DNA of 63,904 nucleotides, filler included, from Acetivibrio sp. (GTDB lineage Bacteria > Bacillota > Clostridia > Acetivibrionales > Acetivibrionaceae), in assembly GCF_035371925.1 (NCBI RefSeq). It is 8 parts of 8 records of this genome, joined end to end, with 100 filler letters (N's around TTAATTAATTAA, not from the genome) between each part and the next. Parts side by side here need not be neighbours in the genome. Positions count along the whole stretch, not along the records: positions 9,360 to 18,369 come from NZ_DAORXT010000107.1; positions 18,470 to 27,316 come from NZ_DAORXT010000109.1; 6 more parts are not named here. The stretch is one strand, 5' to 3'. Made by a program: the position numbers and the translations under genes. The notes under the pieces were generated by a model. It was not told where the DNA came from, did not search any database, and worked only from the letters and a program-made list of their open reading frames with translations. Below, piece by piece: positions 10,228-19,111 of the stretch. Numbering within the stretch: the stretch's first letter is position 1; the number at the start of each line of letters is the position of its first letter.

Positions 10228-11121
10228 TTATACTCCTGTACTAGCAACAAGCCCTCTCCAGTCATTATAGCCGCAGGTCATTCTTGCATAACCATACATA
10301 AACCAGTCAACTGTCTTTGGTATCGGTTGGCTATCGAATATCGGCTTCTCTCTCCACAGGAATAACAAATTCTCAATGGAAGAATCCTGTACGCCCCATA
10401 TATTATCATCAAGGTAATCCATTATTACAGGAATAAGCCTGGGAAGTACATTAGTATCGTTAGACAATTCGCCTGCAACCTTTTCGCTTCTTAATATGGT
10501 GTATGCAGTCCATTCCAGGTTAGCGGCAACAAACAACTTATCCGCTATAGCCTGTATTTTTAGCCCGGCTTCGTCAACCTGATCTCTCATCAGCGTTAGC
10601 GCGCTCTTTAGGTTGGCATCTGTCAATGCACCAGTAACAAGGTTTTTCCCAAGACTGCCGCTATCAGCTAACGGGTGACTGTTCGAGAACAAAGCAACAC
10701 CATCATAGCCAACATTGCTAAAACCGTTATTAATTATTTCAGCAGCAAGCACTTCGCAGGTTACTCTCAAACCTTTACCCAATGCTTGTGCACTGCCGCC
10801 CTTGCCAATACCTTTCATTACATTATACAAGTCATCCTTTACGAGCTCCCATGTAATCGAGTACCCCTTGTCATATCTTGCAGCCGTAAATGTTGCAACT
10901 TCGCCTTCACTCATGCTGTCTTCATTAATTACATTACCCTCGGTATTGGTACCCCACATTCCAAATCCACCAAGATGCGGGTATGTCACTTCTTTCCTGT
11001 CCATTTTGTCAACCTTAAATAGTTTTGAATATTGCTCGGGTTTTTCATTGTATGCATTCCATATTATTTTTTTATGGATTGGGGTCAATAATTCCCCAAA
11101 ATTATCCCTTGTCATCTTCAT
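10228..11121 (-). CDS. major capsid protein (HK97 fold, Mu gpT-like)
   Basis: 297 aa; YDGVALFSNSH and LTDANLKSALTLM segments typical of the family; follows scaffold and cement genes. Confidence 0.8.
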   Translation of the reverse strand: MKMTRDNFGELLTPIHKKIIWNAYNEKPEQYSKLFKVDKMDRKEVTYPHLGGFGMWGTNTEGNVINEDSMSEGEVATFTAARYDKGYSITWELVKDDLYNVMKGIGKGGSAQALGKGLRVTCEVLAAEIINNGFSNVGYDGVALFSNSHPLADSGSLGKNLVTGALTDANLKSALTLMRDQVDEAGLKIQAIADKLFVAANLEWTAYTILRSEKVAGELSNDTNVLPRLIPVIMDYLDDNIWGVQDSSIENLLFLWREKPIFDSQPIPKTVDWFMYGYARMTCGYNDWRGLVASTGV

Positions 11122-11152
11122 ATCTTAACCACTCTCCTTTTGAATTAATTAA

Positions 11153-11584
11153 TTACGCCATACCAAATACCCTGTTGCAGAGTATTACATCAGCAACCTT
11201 ATTAGTCGTATCAACATTGCCTACAACTTGGATATATCCACCCGTAGTATCTGTAACGTCAAAGGTATATGCGGCTGTACCCAAGTCATATTTATTGCCT
11301 ATTGCAGGCGTTCCCGCACCTTCGTAAGTCATTTCATATATGCTTGCAGGGTTTATATCCACAGCTATAATGTCATTAGCAGTTGCGGTGGTTGTAACTA
11401 TATCAGTATTGGCAACACCTAATACAGTACCAGCCGCAGCAGCATCAGCAGCTATAGATACTTTATTTGAAGACAAAACAACAATATCGCCTGCATATAT
11501 CGTTTGTGAATTATTTACAGGGAAATACCTGTAAACAGGGGCAGTCCCGTTCAGGCTGCCTTTATAAACTAGCCTTTTAGCCAT
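11153..11584 (-). CDS. capsid cement/decoration protein
   Basis: 143 aa, A/T/V-rich, IYAGDIV...LGVA pattern, between scaffold and capsid. Confidence 0.6.
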   Translation of the reverse strand: MAKRLVYKGSLNGTAPVYRYFPVNNSQTIYAGDIVVLSSNKVSIAADAAAAGTVLGVANTDIVTTTATANDIIAVDINPASIYEMTYEGAGTPAIGNKYDLGTAAYTFDVTDTTGGYIQVVGNVDTTNKVADVILCNRVFGMA

Positions 11585-11591
11585 CTAAAAA

Positions 11592-12440
11592 TCACCCTTT
11601 CTTTTTTAATATTTTGTTTAATTGGTCTATAGATTTTGAATGTTTGGCAAAGTAGTATTCCTGCGGTGTCATGCCTGCCAGCTTGGCAAGCTCCATTTCG
11701 TCCTTGCTTAATCTGAAACGCTTCTTGTTTGTACCGACTTCGCCGTTATCCGTTGAGTCAAATACCATATCCTGTTTCTTCTTCAAGTTGGCAAGGACTC
11801 TTTGCTCAACCTCTCGCTCAATATCAGCCCTGCTCTTGGTTATCTTGTTTTTACCGAACTTAGCAAGGTAAGCTTCCTCTGCGCTTAATCCAGTTTTGTC
11901 CATGAATTCTTCAAGCTCATCCCTGTACAAATCAATATCGCTAAACAATGGGTCTTTGGCAAGCTCTTTGAACTCCAAATCACGGAATTTTTTCTGGACA
12001 AGCTTTTTCACGGTAACAGCTTCATTTTGTGTTTTATTGAATTTTGATTTGAGAATTTTTATTGTCTTTTCATCAAAGCCTAGTTCAGCAAGTTGTTTAT
12101 CCAAATCATCAGCCTCTGTTTCTTCTATAGTCGTATCTTTGATTGAATTCAATTTTGCTTCCAGTTCCTCAACTCGTTTTTTCCATTTCTTTCTTTCAGC
12201 TATTACCGCATTTCTTATGATTTCGTTATCCTTGCTGTCTGGTCTTGGTTGTTTGCTTTTACTTTCAACCTCTGCTGTATCATCTTGGGATATGTTTTCT
12301 GTTTCATCTTCCAAATCTTCTACATCAACCTCTATTACATCCTCTTCGGTTTCCAAATCTTCAATACCATCGGGTATATCAAATTCAACGTCATCACCAG
12401 CAAACAACTGTAAATTAATCTTAAATAAGCCTTTATTCAT
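11592..12440 (-). CDS. capsid scaffolding protein with N-terminal Prp-type motif
   Basis: INLQLFA motif, acidic N-terminus, coiled coil, basic C-terminus, upstream of the capsid genes. Confidence 0.75.
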   Translation of the reverse strand: MNKGLFKINLQLFAGDDVEFDIPDGIEDLETEEDVIEVDVEDLEDETENISQDDTAEVESKSKQPRPDSKDNEIIRNAVIAERKKWKKRVEELEAKLNSIKDTTIEETEADDLDKQLAELGFDEKTIKILKSKFNKTQNEAVTVKKLVQKKFRDLEFKELAKDPLFSDIDLYRDELEEFMDKTGLSAEEAYLAKFGKNKITKSRADIEREVEQRVLANLKKKQDMVFDSTDNGEVGTNKKRFRLSKDEMELAKLAGMTPQEYYFAKHSKSIDQLNKILKKKG

Positions 12441-12614
12441 AAAATCAACACTCCTTTACTCCTTTTCTACGTGTGAGAACACGAATTTTTATTGCGGCTT
12501 TATCGCAAGCCGAAGCGTATTTCACAGTTTAACGACTTGTGAAGGTCAATAAAAAAAGCTCATCCTTTTAAGGACAAGCCTTTAGAAATAATATATTAAA
12601 CACAAAATTTAAAA

Positions 12615-13037
12615 CTATATAATCCCAAGTTTCTCTTTTACCAGTGCTTTTAGCTCATCTGACTTCATGGTTACAATATTGCCGGCAATATTAAGTTTTT
12701 TGGCTTCTTTTATAAGCTCCTGCCGGCTTAGTCTATCAATATTTATTTTTACCTCAACATTTCCCTGTTTTGGCTCATTTGAAGCTTCACATTCATTATC
12801 ACCCTCCTTAATTGCAAGGTCTAATATTTTATATCCATTATTAGCCGGTGAAAGGTAAGCAATGTATTCCTGCCCACAATCACACACGGCACGCATAAAC
12901 TTTTTTACCCTGTTGCCGTAAAAATTGACAAGATTAATCCCAAGTGTAGAAGAATTTAAAAATGGCGGCTTCAAATTCATACCGTTTATTTCCTTATCAC
13001 ACTTGACACATTTAGTAGTTTTTAAATTTTTTAGCAA
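12615..13037 (-). CDS. phage protein with CxxC/CxC zinc site and C-terminal Rho-N/HeH-like domain
   Basis: CVKC...CDC; LSRQELIKEAKKLNI...MKSDELKALV. Confidence 0.55.
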   Translation of the reverse strand: MLKNLKTTKCVKCDKEINGMNLKPPFLNSSTLGINLVNFYGNRVKKFMRAVCDCGQEYIAYLSPANNGYKILDLAIKEGDNECEASNEPKQGNVEVKINIDRLSRQELIKEAKKLNIAGNIVTMKSDELKALVKEKLGII

Positions 13038-13048
13038 TAAAATCCCTC

Positions 13049-13339
13049 CTATCTATATAATTTTCCAGTTATATACTCATCTACCGTTACAGATTGCCCT
13101 TCCCAGCCACAATGCGGGCATCTTGCCATATCCTTTTTCTTGTGCCTGTATGCCCCTCTTTCACACTTCGGGCAAATAAGCCTCTGCCCGTAATGCCTTA
13201 AAATATCATCGGTACCTATAACAAGTTTTCTTTCGCTATTGCGAATATTATCAATATCATATTGCCACCACGGGTGTTTAGTCATATGTTTTATAAATTT
13301 CTGTTCCTGTTCATACGGTTGATTTTGGCGAATTACCAT
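13049..13339 (-). CDS. small zinc-ribbon phage protein
   Basis: CPKC...CPHCGW; overlaps the portal 3' end. Confidence 0.6.
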   Translation of the reverse strand: MVIRQNQPYEQEQKFIKHMTKHPWWQYDIDNIRNSERKLVIGTDDILRHYGQRLICPKCERGAYRHKKKDMARCPHCGWEGQSVTVDEYITGKLYR

Positions 13340-15206
13340 TTAGCAGCTCTCCTTTCATTTCGGCAAGTGCTGCTGGTGCACCTTTTACAGTTAAGCCTTC
13401 TATGTCATAATTCTGTCCCTCCCCTTCGGGTATATCAAGCCCTGCAATATCTCTGCCTCTTGTAGCCCTTAACATCTGTAACTGCTCCAGCTTCTTTATC
13501 TTTTCCTGCTCCTGCTCCCATGACGTTTCAGGCAATACACCAAGCTCCCTTATACGCTGCCTGTATTCCTGTATATCCATAGCACCATTAACAAATGTTT
13601 CTTTTACTGCATTATATCTAAACGCCTTATTATTAGGTATTCCTGCACCTATGCTTACAATAATATCAAATGTTGCATTCTTCGTTGCAGGCACTTCGTT
13701 ACCATTTTCGTCCTTATCCATTGCCTGCATATACTCCGGTACAGGTAAATCCGGATTAATGCTTAACCATTGCTGCCTGTATTCTTCCGATACTGGTATA
13801 AGCCTGGGCACTTTTTTTAACTTGCTAGGGTTATACCAAAGGAATGTATTTCTCTTATTTGTTATCCTGAACGCCTGTTCTTCCGTCCAGTTTTCTTTAG
13901 CAAGCTCCAAAGCATATTCAAGTGCTTCTCCCAGTGTTTCTTCTATCATTGCTTTATCATGGTCTATGCCTGCCAAGCCTGACTGTTGCAATGCTAATGC
14001 TTCTGTTGCAGTATCAACACCTCTTTGCCTTATACCGGTAAGCTGGTCGGAAAATCTTGATATAATCTGCCTTTCATTATACAATGCCTGATTCCTGCGT
14101 TCAAAGATATAATTCGGCATTTCTGGAGGTTTAACCATTTGCCATGCCGCAGGATCAGCTGCCGGTATATTTAATCCTGGCTCGTTAGTCCATTTGTCTA
14201 TATCAATACCAGAAGCTGTACCGACAACTTTTTGGATATTACCTGTCAACCTTGCATTAATTCTTATTTGGTCATCCAAATCATTAATTAAATCTTGTAT
14301 ATGGAATAGCAATTCCGCTGTTGATTTTGCATAGGTTGTACCTTCCCTTGCCATGTCCGGGCATATAAAGAACGGGTAAATATCTTTAGGGAATACAATA
14401 CTTGAATGTTCCTCACTATCCCACAGTTTTATCCCGCAGGAGCTCATTTGAATAAGCCGTATTTTCCCTTTCTTCTTTGTAAATACAAACATATGCATAT
14501 AATTATCCCTTGTTATATCATCATGCTCCGAACTTTCCTCACCAAACAGCCATTCCGATTCCATTGGATGATATGCTGGTAAGATAGCAGTTGCCTTATC
14601 TTCTCCAAACGTTTCCTCTGCCCAAAAGATTGACTTATTGCATACCGCAATTACAAATCTACCGCTTTGTATATCATAAACATCCGTAATATTCGGGTCA
14701 AAAAATACATAAGCAGGATTCCAACACTTGAACTCCGGCAGCCCCATTTTGTCTAGTGCTTTCGGATTCCACATGACAGATATAATCCCAAGCCCAAACT
14801 TTTTACGCCGCCTTGCAAATACTTCAAGCTTTTTGCGCATTTTGTTTTTGTCAATAATAAACTGCCCGATTATTTGGGCATGTTCTGCAAATGGCACATC
14901 TGACGGTTCACGAGGATTGGCTAAAATTGATATATTATGCTCAACAGTTAATGCGACTTGCCCTTCTATGTTAGGGTTAATTATATTTGTATTACTTCCA
15001 GGGTCGTCATCTGATTCCGGAAGGTTAACATCACCCTCCCAGTACAAGTCCGCAAGCTCCCACTTGTCAAACAGCCCTCTTGATTCCTTGTCCTGCCATG
15101 AGCTTTTAAACCAATCCATATACCTATCCGTTAGTTTTATATCTTCTTCCGTCATTAACTTTTCCCGCATCTCTTGATGCTTTTCCATTCTTTCATCATA
15201 CGTCAT
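13311..15206 (-). CDS. portal protein
   Basis: 631 aa, mostly helical, between TerL and scaffold; NIINPNIEGQV N-terminal segment. Confidence 0.7.
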   Translation of the reverse strand: MTYDERMEKHQEMREKLMTEEDIKLTDRYMDWFKSSWQDKESRGLFDKWELADLYWEGDVNLPESDDDPGSNTNIINPNIEGQVALTVEHNISILANPREPSDVPFAEHAQIIGQFIIDKNKMRKKLEVFARRRKKFGLGIISVMWNPKALDKMGLPEFKCWNPAYVFFDPNITDVYDIQSGRFVIAVCNKSIFWAEETFGEDKATAILPAYHPMESEWLFGEESSEHDDITRDNYMHMFVFTKKKGKIRLIQMSSCGIKLWDSEEHSSIVFPKDIYPFFICPDMAREGTTYAKSTAELLFHIQDLINDLDDQIRINARLTGNIQKVVGTASGIDIDKWTNEPGLNIPAADPAAWQMVKPPEMPNYIFERRNQALYNERQIISRFSDQLTGIRQRGVDTATEALALQQSGLAGIDHDKAMIEETLGEALEYALELAKENWTEEQAFRITNKRNTFLWYNPSKLKKVPRLIPVSEEYRQQWLSINPDLPVPEYMQAMDKDENGNEVPATKNATFDIIVSIGAGIPNNKAFRYNAVKETFVNGAMDIQEYRQRIRELGVLPETSWEQEQEKIKKLEQLQMLRATRGRDIAGLDIPEGEGQNYDIEGLTVKGAPAALAEMKGELLNGNSPKSTV

Positions 15207-15450
15207 CTGTATCCACCTCGTTTACAGAAGCTTTGCGTTTCGGTTTTATAGGTTGGTAAAGATTATTGTCTTTGCTCTTGTAGTTTTCGTAATAAACCTC
15301 GTATGTCCGCAATGGATTTCTTAAACTAGGCATAACCCGTTTAACAACAGCATTTTTATCGCTATTAACTTTAACCTCTTTTTTTACAGTAAAAAAGCAG
15401 GTCATATAACCTGCCGCAAATATTAATGCCCCTATCAATATTTCAAGCAT
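15196..15450 (-). CDS. small phage membrane-anchored protein
   Basis: N-terminal hydrophobic helix then basic tail; abuts TerL and overlaps portal start. Confidence 0.55.
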   Translation of the reverse strand: MLEILIGALIFAAGYMTCFFTVKKEVKVNSDKNAVVKRVMPSLRNPLRTYEVYYENYKSKDNNLYQPIKPKRKASVNEVDTDDV

Positions 15451-15453
15451 AAT

Positions 15454-17106
15454 TTACCTCCTGTTATTAAATATTCCTGGTCTTCTTATTGACAAATCGA
15501 TAATGCCCATATCCTTCATTTCCTCCGGAGTGGTAAATCCGTTTACAACTTTCTTTGTCTCTTCTTTTTGCACAAAGGCATACATAAGCCGGTTCAATGC
15601 CTGACTTGCGGCGTCAACATCGTCATCCCTTTGCTCCTTCTTTTCCGGCCTGAATGCCGCACACTGTTCAATAACTTCATTTGCCCACAAGCATTTTTGC
15701 CATACCCCAGGTGATACTTCTATCTCATCAGGAATAAATACATTTCCAGCTTCCCATAACGGGAGTACTGCGTTTACTCTCTCTGCCTTACTTTTTGTTG
15801 CTTTAACCGGTATAATTCCAGGTATCTTTGTCCTAAGCATTTGTATTACAGCCGGTCCGTTTGCCTTATCTTCTATCAACTTAATCAATGCTTTAGGCCA
15901 TTTTTTTGTCATAAGCCGTATATTATCCATTGTTTTAATAATATCCATGGGATATGCAATACGGTCTAAAAGATAGCAGTTTGCCCCAATCCTGCCCCAT
16001 ACATGCCCTGCAACGAAGTCGGTACCATCGGTATCCTTGAATGTACAGTCCCATGACTGCACTATTTCGTTAAATCCTACGCCTTTTTGCATCTGCAAAG
16101 AAAGCCTGTACCGTTGCCAGTAATGTCGCTTTATCATGTTGCCTTCAAGCGAAGTCGGCCGTTGCTGGTACAATGCATTCCATGCCCTCTCCCCGCCCTG
16201 GAGCGGATCGTTCTTATAGCTCTGCATTTCCTTCTCAAGCCATTTTTTATCCTTGCCTATCTCCGGAAATAAAGCATCCCCAGGCTGTCTACCGGTTTCT
16301 GCTTCGTATTTTTCCGCTATTGCAGGGAATGAAATAACAAACCAGTTTTCCGGCTCCGTATCTTGCAAATATCCCGCCAAATCGTCTTCATTCCAGCGGG
16401 TCTGTATAAGGATTATTTTACCTTTTGCGCTTCTCCTTGTACGAATAGTGTTAAGCCATTCTTCTATAACGAACTTCTTATAAGCTGGACTATCCGCATC
16501 CTGCCTGTTTTTGTAAGGGTCGTCTATGATAATCAAATCACCAGGATTACCGGTAATAGAAGCCCCTATACCTCTGCTAATCATGCTTCCCCTTGTTTTT
16601 TCTATTTCAAATTCCGCTGCTGCCTGGCTATCCCTAGATAATTCTATCCCAAACAAAAGTTTCCCGAACTCTTCTATTTTCTGTTTATTTCTTCTGCCAA
16701 ACTTAACGGCAAACTCGTCATTATAACTGATTTCAATTACTTTGCCGTATGGATTACGGCCTAAAAAATATGATGGCAATGTTTCTGTTATTGTACATGA
16801 TTTCCCATGCTGAGGCGGTAGCTGAATAATAAGCCCAATATACGGTTCTCCATTCTCATTTTTTAGTTCATCCCTTAAAAGTTTATCAACGGTATCGCAT
16901 ATATATACAAGAAACTTAGCAGGTATCCATCGCCCCTGATGGACAAACTCCACATACTTTGCATACTTCTCCCTTGCAAGCATTGCATCCCTTTCAAATA
17001 TAAGCCTTGCAAGCTCTTCCTTCGCTTCCTTTAATCGCTGTTCTCTTTGTTCTTTCGTCATTTCAGATACAGGTATTTTCGATAAGTCTTCCTTCTTTTT
17101 TGCCAT
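15454..17106 (-). CDS. terL: terminase large subunit
   Basis: Walker A PPQHGKS, Walker B IIIDDP, nuclease SWDCTFKD and DDDVDAASQAL. Confidence 0.93.
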   Translation of the reverse strand: MAKKKEDLSKIPVSEMTKEQREQRLKEAKEELARLIFERDAMLAREKYAKYVEFVHQGRWIPAKFLVYICDTVDKLLRDELKNENGEPYIGLIIQLPPQHGKSCTITETLPSYFLGRNPYGKVIEISYNDEFAVKFGRRNKQKIEEFGKLLFGIELSRDSQAAAEFEIEKTRGSMISRGIGASITGNPGDLIIIDDPYKNRQDADSPAYKKFVIEEWLNTIRTRRSAKGKIILIQTRWNEDDLAGYLQDTEPENWFVISFPAIAEKYEAETGRQPGDALFPEIGKDKKWLEKEMQSYKNDPLQGGERAWNALYQQRPTSLEGNMIKRHYWQRYRLSLQMQKGVGFNEIVQSWDCTFKDTDGTDFVAGHVWGRIGANCYLLDRIAYPMDIIKTMDNIRLMTKKWPKALIKLIEDKANGPAVIQMLRTKIPGIIPVKATKSKAERVNAVLPLWEAGNVFIPDEIEVSPGVWQKCLWANEVIEQCAAFRPEKKEQRDDDVDAASQALNRLMYAFVQKEETKKVVNGFTTPEEMKDMGIIDLSIRRPGIFNNRR

Positions 17107-17119
17107 ATTATATCACCTG

Positions 17120-17254
17120 CTATTTATTCTTGTGCTTGAAATACTCTATCTGCCGCAATCTTTTCTGTGCCGCTTCTTTTGTTTTATACGGCTTGCTCAA
17201 TCTCTTGCCGCTTTCAGAATATACTACATAGCCTTTGCTTGTCTTCTTTATCAT
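17120..17254 (-). CDS. 44-aa basic phage protein, not in the ORF track
   Basis: read by hand: MIKKTSKGYVVYSESGKRLSKPYKTKEAAQKRLRQIEYFKHKNK; GAGGTG RBS; fills the gap before terL. Confidence 0.7.
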   Translation of the reverse strand: MIKKTSKGYVVYSESGKRLSKPYKTKEAAQKRLRQIEYFKHKNK

Positions 17255-17267
17255 AAGGCATCACCTC

Positions 17268-17735
17268 TTAACGATTTTTATTGATTTTTACTACTTTTGC
17301 AGCATACTTTTCTGCATCAGTGAACGGCAAATAAAAAGCCTTGATTGTTTCTTCTTCTTTTTCTTCGTATCTTCCGGATTTGTGTAATAACTGTAATAAA
17401 CTTTTTTGAAATATAAAAACAATGTCAAAATTACCTTGTATATATAAAAACGAATTATCTTTCCTGTATATGCCGCTTTCAACAAAACTATTTTCTATAC
17501 AAGTCCTTTCCGCAATTTCAATAGAAAGCCTTTTTGATTTTGAACACCAATTATCAAGCTTTATTTCAATGCCTTGTTTGTTTTCGCCTTTTTCGTACTG
17601 ATACTTGCGTGATGTATAATTTTGAATTACTATACCCATATCGAATAATAAATCAACAACAAAGTCTTGAAATTGATTACCTTCTTCTTCCGAATTTTTG
17701 TTTTTACTATTCGGGTATCTGGTTTCCATATACAT
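17268..17735 (-). CDS. putative PD-(D/E)XK nuclease-fold protein
   Basis: E...GIEIKLD pattern; start overlaps the MT-A70 3' end. Confidence 0.45.
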   Translation of the reverse strand: MYMETRYPNSKNKNSEEEGNQFQDFVVDLLFDMGIVIQNYTSRKYQYEKGENKQGIEIKLDNWCSKSKRLSIEIAERTCIENSFVESGIYRKDNSFLYIQGNFDIVFIFQKSLLQLLHKSGRYEEKEEETIKAFYLPFTDAEKYAAKVVKINKNR

Positions 17736-18369
17736 CCCACCCTTTGCTTTTCTTTCGTGCAAACAATTCAATCCGTCTGCCGTAGGGGTAAATTGTATCT
17801 ATTATCTCCCTGAAATACTCTGGTTTTTCGCTATGTTCCGTACGTTCTATTGATACAACACTATCAAACAATTTGTTCACATCTGGTTGACAACTTCCTC
17901 TTGTGCATATAAGTAAGAATTCATGGCGTACACTATTGTAATGCCCCATATTATGTTTTATTTTGTCCCATACAAAAGAAGCTTTGTATTTAAATCCCCA
18001 TGCCCTTATTACTTGGAACGATTCTTCAAGTATTGGGGAAGTTACCCATAAAAATAATACTGCATTATCTTCTGCAATATCTTTTATTGGCATATCACAT
18101 ATTTCTTGAACAGTCATAAGCGGATAATGGTCTGCCTGTTCAACAAAAGTATCCGGCATATTGTTTCCATACTTCCAGGGCGGGTCTGCATATATTACAC
18201 GATACTTGCCTTCTATTTGTGGAGCTTCTTTAACATTTTCCTTTGCCTTCTCACGCCTTACCTGAACATAGGCCTGATGTATTGTCATTTCATTTTTTGA
18301 AAGTTTTTTATCAATCTCCGGTGGTAATATATTTTTTTGTATAGCTTTATAGACAACATCAGCCTGTGC
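17707..18369 (-). CDS. MT-A70 family adenine-N6 methyltransferase, 5' truncated at the contig end
   Basis: YADPPW, LFLWVT, WGFKY...WDK, HSEKP, ELFAR; frame open 27 codons beyond ATG 18288 to the gap. Confidence 0.9.
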   Translation of the reverse strand, partial: AQADVVYKAIQKNILPPEIDKKLSKNEMTIHQAYVQVRREKAKENVKEAPQIEGKYRVIYADPPWKYGNNMPDTFVEQADHYPLMTVQEICDMPIKDIAEDNAVLFLWVTSPILEESFQVIRAWGFKYKASFVWDKIKHNMGHYNSVRHEFLLICTRGSCQPDVNKLFDSVVSIERTEHSEKPEYFREIIDTIYPYGRRIELFARKKSKGWDVYGNQIPE

Positions 18370-18469
18370 NNNNNNNNNNNNNNNNNNNNNNNNNNNNNNN
18401 NNNNNNNNNNNNNTTAATTAATTAANNNNNNNNNNNNNNNNNNNNNNNNNNNNNNNNNNNNNNNNNNNN
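18370..18469. other. artificial contig linker
   Basis: 44 N + TTAATTAATTAA + 44 N. Confidence 0.98.
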
Positions 18470-18510
18470 TTTCCCTCCTATGCCTTTGTTTGCTTTACCA
18501 TATGAAAGTT

Positions 18511-19074
18511 TTATTCTTCCTTTTTAAAGAAATGTTTAATTTCATTTATTTTTTCACCATTTTCATCTATTTCATATATATATATACCATCTTTAAACCA
18601 AAATGCAAATACCATACCTTTACTTTCTGGATTTACACAATAAACTACCTCGTTTGTATCTATTTCTGCAAGGTCAGTCATATAATCATCTATTACTACA
18701 CAGTCAACACTAAATAATCTAGTCCTAGATAAATGCTGGTCTTCCATCATATCCCTAGTCCTATTCATTATAGTTAATGAAGTTCCTCCTGTAAAAGGAT
18801 TCACAATATCTTTTTTATATAAATCACGTAATGTAATCATAATCCCTGCATAATCACCTGTTTCAGTAAAATTTCTTAAGTCAGCAGCCTTTATAGCATA
18901 CTCCAAGAATTTTTCCGCATTAGTCTCTTCTTTTCTATCTCCAACATTATTCACACTCTGTGTAGGATTTTCTTTCGGTGTGTTAGACACTTGATTATTT
19001 TTTCTCCCTTCACAAGCTGATAATAATACTGCGAATATAATTACTGATATTAGTATTGATTTTGATTTAAACAT
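18511..19074 (-). CDS. hypothetical lipoprotein
   Basis: MFKSK...LLSAC lipobox; ATG 19074 behind GAAGGG RBS. Confidence 0.7.
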   Translation of the reverse strand: MFKSKSILISVIIFAVLLSACEGRKNNQVSNTPKENPTQSVNNVGDRKEETNAEKFLEYAIKAADLRNFTETGDYAGIMITLRDLYKKDIVNPFTGGTSLTIMNRTRDMMEDQHLSRTRLFSVDCVVIDDYMTDLAEIDTNEVVYCVNPESKGMVFAFWFKDGIYIYEIDENGEKINEIKHFFKKEE

Positions 19075-19111
19075 TTCCAACATCCCTTCTTTAAAAAAAA
19101 TATATTTTTTC

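Larger units (their letters stand above)
9360..18369 (-). mobile_element. phage/prophage fragment: methylase, terminase, portal, scaffold, capsid module
   Basis: co-oriented TerL, portal, scaffold, cement and major capsid genes; both ends at contig breaks. Confidence 0.92.

Noticed and set aside
11896..12552. Long Ser/Phe-rich opposite-strand ORFs (also 20975-21754, 443-886 and similar)
   Set aside because: Antisense shadows of Lys/Glu-rich real genes; composition matches reverse-complement codons.
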